A stretch of 64,000 nucleotides of DNA. It comes from a virus (lineage: Duplodnaviria; Caudoviricetes). The notes below the pieces were generated by a model, which made no database searches, was not told where the DNA came from, and saw only the letters and a list, made by a program, of their open reading frames with translations. The stretch is from IMG/VR virus record IMGVR_UViG_3300034375_009028; one strand, written 5' to 3'. Both the position numbers and the translations under genes were made by a program. Shown piece after piece: positions 63,113-64,000 of this stretch; the stretch's first letter is position 1, and each line of letters opens with the position of its first letter.

Positions 63113-63954
63113 ATCATCAATTTTTCATTTTCATCTCTATAAACTTCTGTTGTACGAATATCATACATCGCTTCCATCCTCCATTCATTATCTTTATTAT
63201 AGTTAAAGATCTGAAATTTTGTATATAACTTACTTCTCTGTTTCCACCAATATGAAATAGATTGGGAAGCAAGTTTGTTAACTAGATGTTCATTATCATT
63301 TGGTATATATTCAGTATTCAGAGAAAATATTGGTAAGACATACGTCAAACCAATATCAAATAAGAATTCACTAGTAGAACCATACTGAACCTCTTTTATT
63401 CTTTTATTTCTATTATTGTAATGGAGTAAAAACTTACTACCTTTAGTATGATAGTACTTTACTTTTTTAGCAAAATACCTAGTTATCATGAAGCAATTAG
63501 AAGAAGTATTATAATAATCTAAAGACTTTTTAGATTTTTCTATTTCAAATGGATGGAGATGCATTTTTACTGAACGAAGTCTGGAATGATAAAACTTAAT
63601 ACAATCCCAATTGTAAGGTAAATTATTGATCAAATAATCCCAGTCAAAAATCCAATTTTGAGATGTAGATAGATCAACATTATCTTCCATTATTATACAA
63701 GTTTCAGAATCATTACCATCATACCAATCAACTATGGTTTTTATTAGATTAAGTGATTTTGATAATTCGTACTCTGTTGTATATATTTTTTCATCTTCTA
63801 TATCATTTTTCCATTCTTCAAAGTTTTCTATCTTATATTTTTTCTCTATAAACTTATAATTGCTAATGTTATAAAAATCAAATTGATTTTTCATATATTC
63901 TCTTTTTTCAAGAGAATCTGTCAGACAAAAAATGGGGGGCAAGTTATTAAGCAT
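63103..63954 (-). CDS. GT25-like glycosyltransferase, paralog 1
   Basis: EKREYMKNQF, IIMEDN, PYNWDCI, HLHP. Confidence 0.68.
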   Translation of the reverse strand: MLNNLPPIFCLTDSLEKREYMKNQFDFYNISNYKFIEKKYKIENFEEWKNDIEDEKIYTTEYELSKSLNLIKTIVDWYDGNDSETCIIMEDNVDLSTSQNWIFDWDYLINNLPYNWDCIKFYHSRLRSVKMHLHPFEIEKSKKSLDYYNTSSNCFMITRYFAKKVKYYHTKGSKFLLHYNNRNKRIKEVQYGSTSEFLFDIGLTYVLPIFSLNTEYIPNDNEHLVNKLASQSISYWWKQRSKLYTKFQIFNYNKDNEWRMEAMYDIRTTEVYRDENEKLMIWI

Positions 63955-64000
63955 ATCAAAACTCCATCAATATCTTGGAAGTTTCATCTTCATATTTCTA

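Noticed and set aside
63955-64000. Possible 3' end of a further upstream gene
   Set aside because: There is too little sequence to choose a frame or product.

Overview
This is a 64 kb segment of a T4-like cyanomyovirus genome (Kyanoviridae-type). The evidence is nrdA/nrdB, a gp61 primase, mazG, ho1, a cpeT-like lyase, a tRNA cluster, T4-type TATAAATA late promoters and sigma70-type early promoters. Almost everything is on the minus strand. Positions 1-27 kb hold a virion fibre module. It includes a >3280-aa proline-free (Gly-X-Gln)n collagen-like fibre that the ORF track misses (GTG start, runs off the window), a 3363-aa repeat protein with nested domain insertions, and a duplicated two-gene adaptor module. 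Positions 27-37 kb are a gap-free 13-gene operon: GDP-fucose synthesis, GT11, GT6, sulfotransferase, HAD-nucleotidyltransferase, GT4 and GT25, ending in ho1 and cpeT. Positions 37-46 kb carry a radical SAM gene, 2OG oxygenases, a manA-like RNA followed by a terminator, 12 tRNAs, two unnamed structured spacers and two HNH genes that stop inside tRNA genes. Positions 46-58 kb carry the nrd genes, primase, head or internal proteins, tRNA-Leu and mazG. Positions 58-64 kb are an AT-rich cassette of a UDP-sugar dehydrogenase, an amidinotransferase and four GT25-like paralogs. The best candidate for an undescribed system is a phage-encoded glycan or protein-decoration pathway (fucosyl, ABO-like, sulfo and guanidino chemistry, plus GT25 and 2OG hydroxylases) sitting beside a giant collagen fibre. 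All functional calls come from motif recognition by eye; no searches were run.
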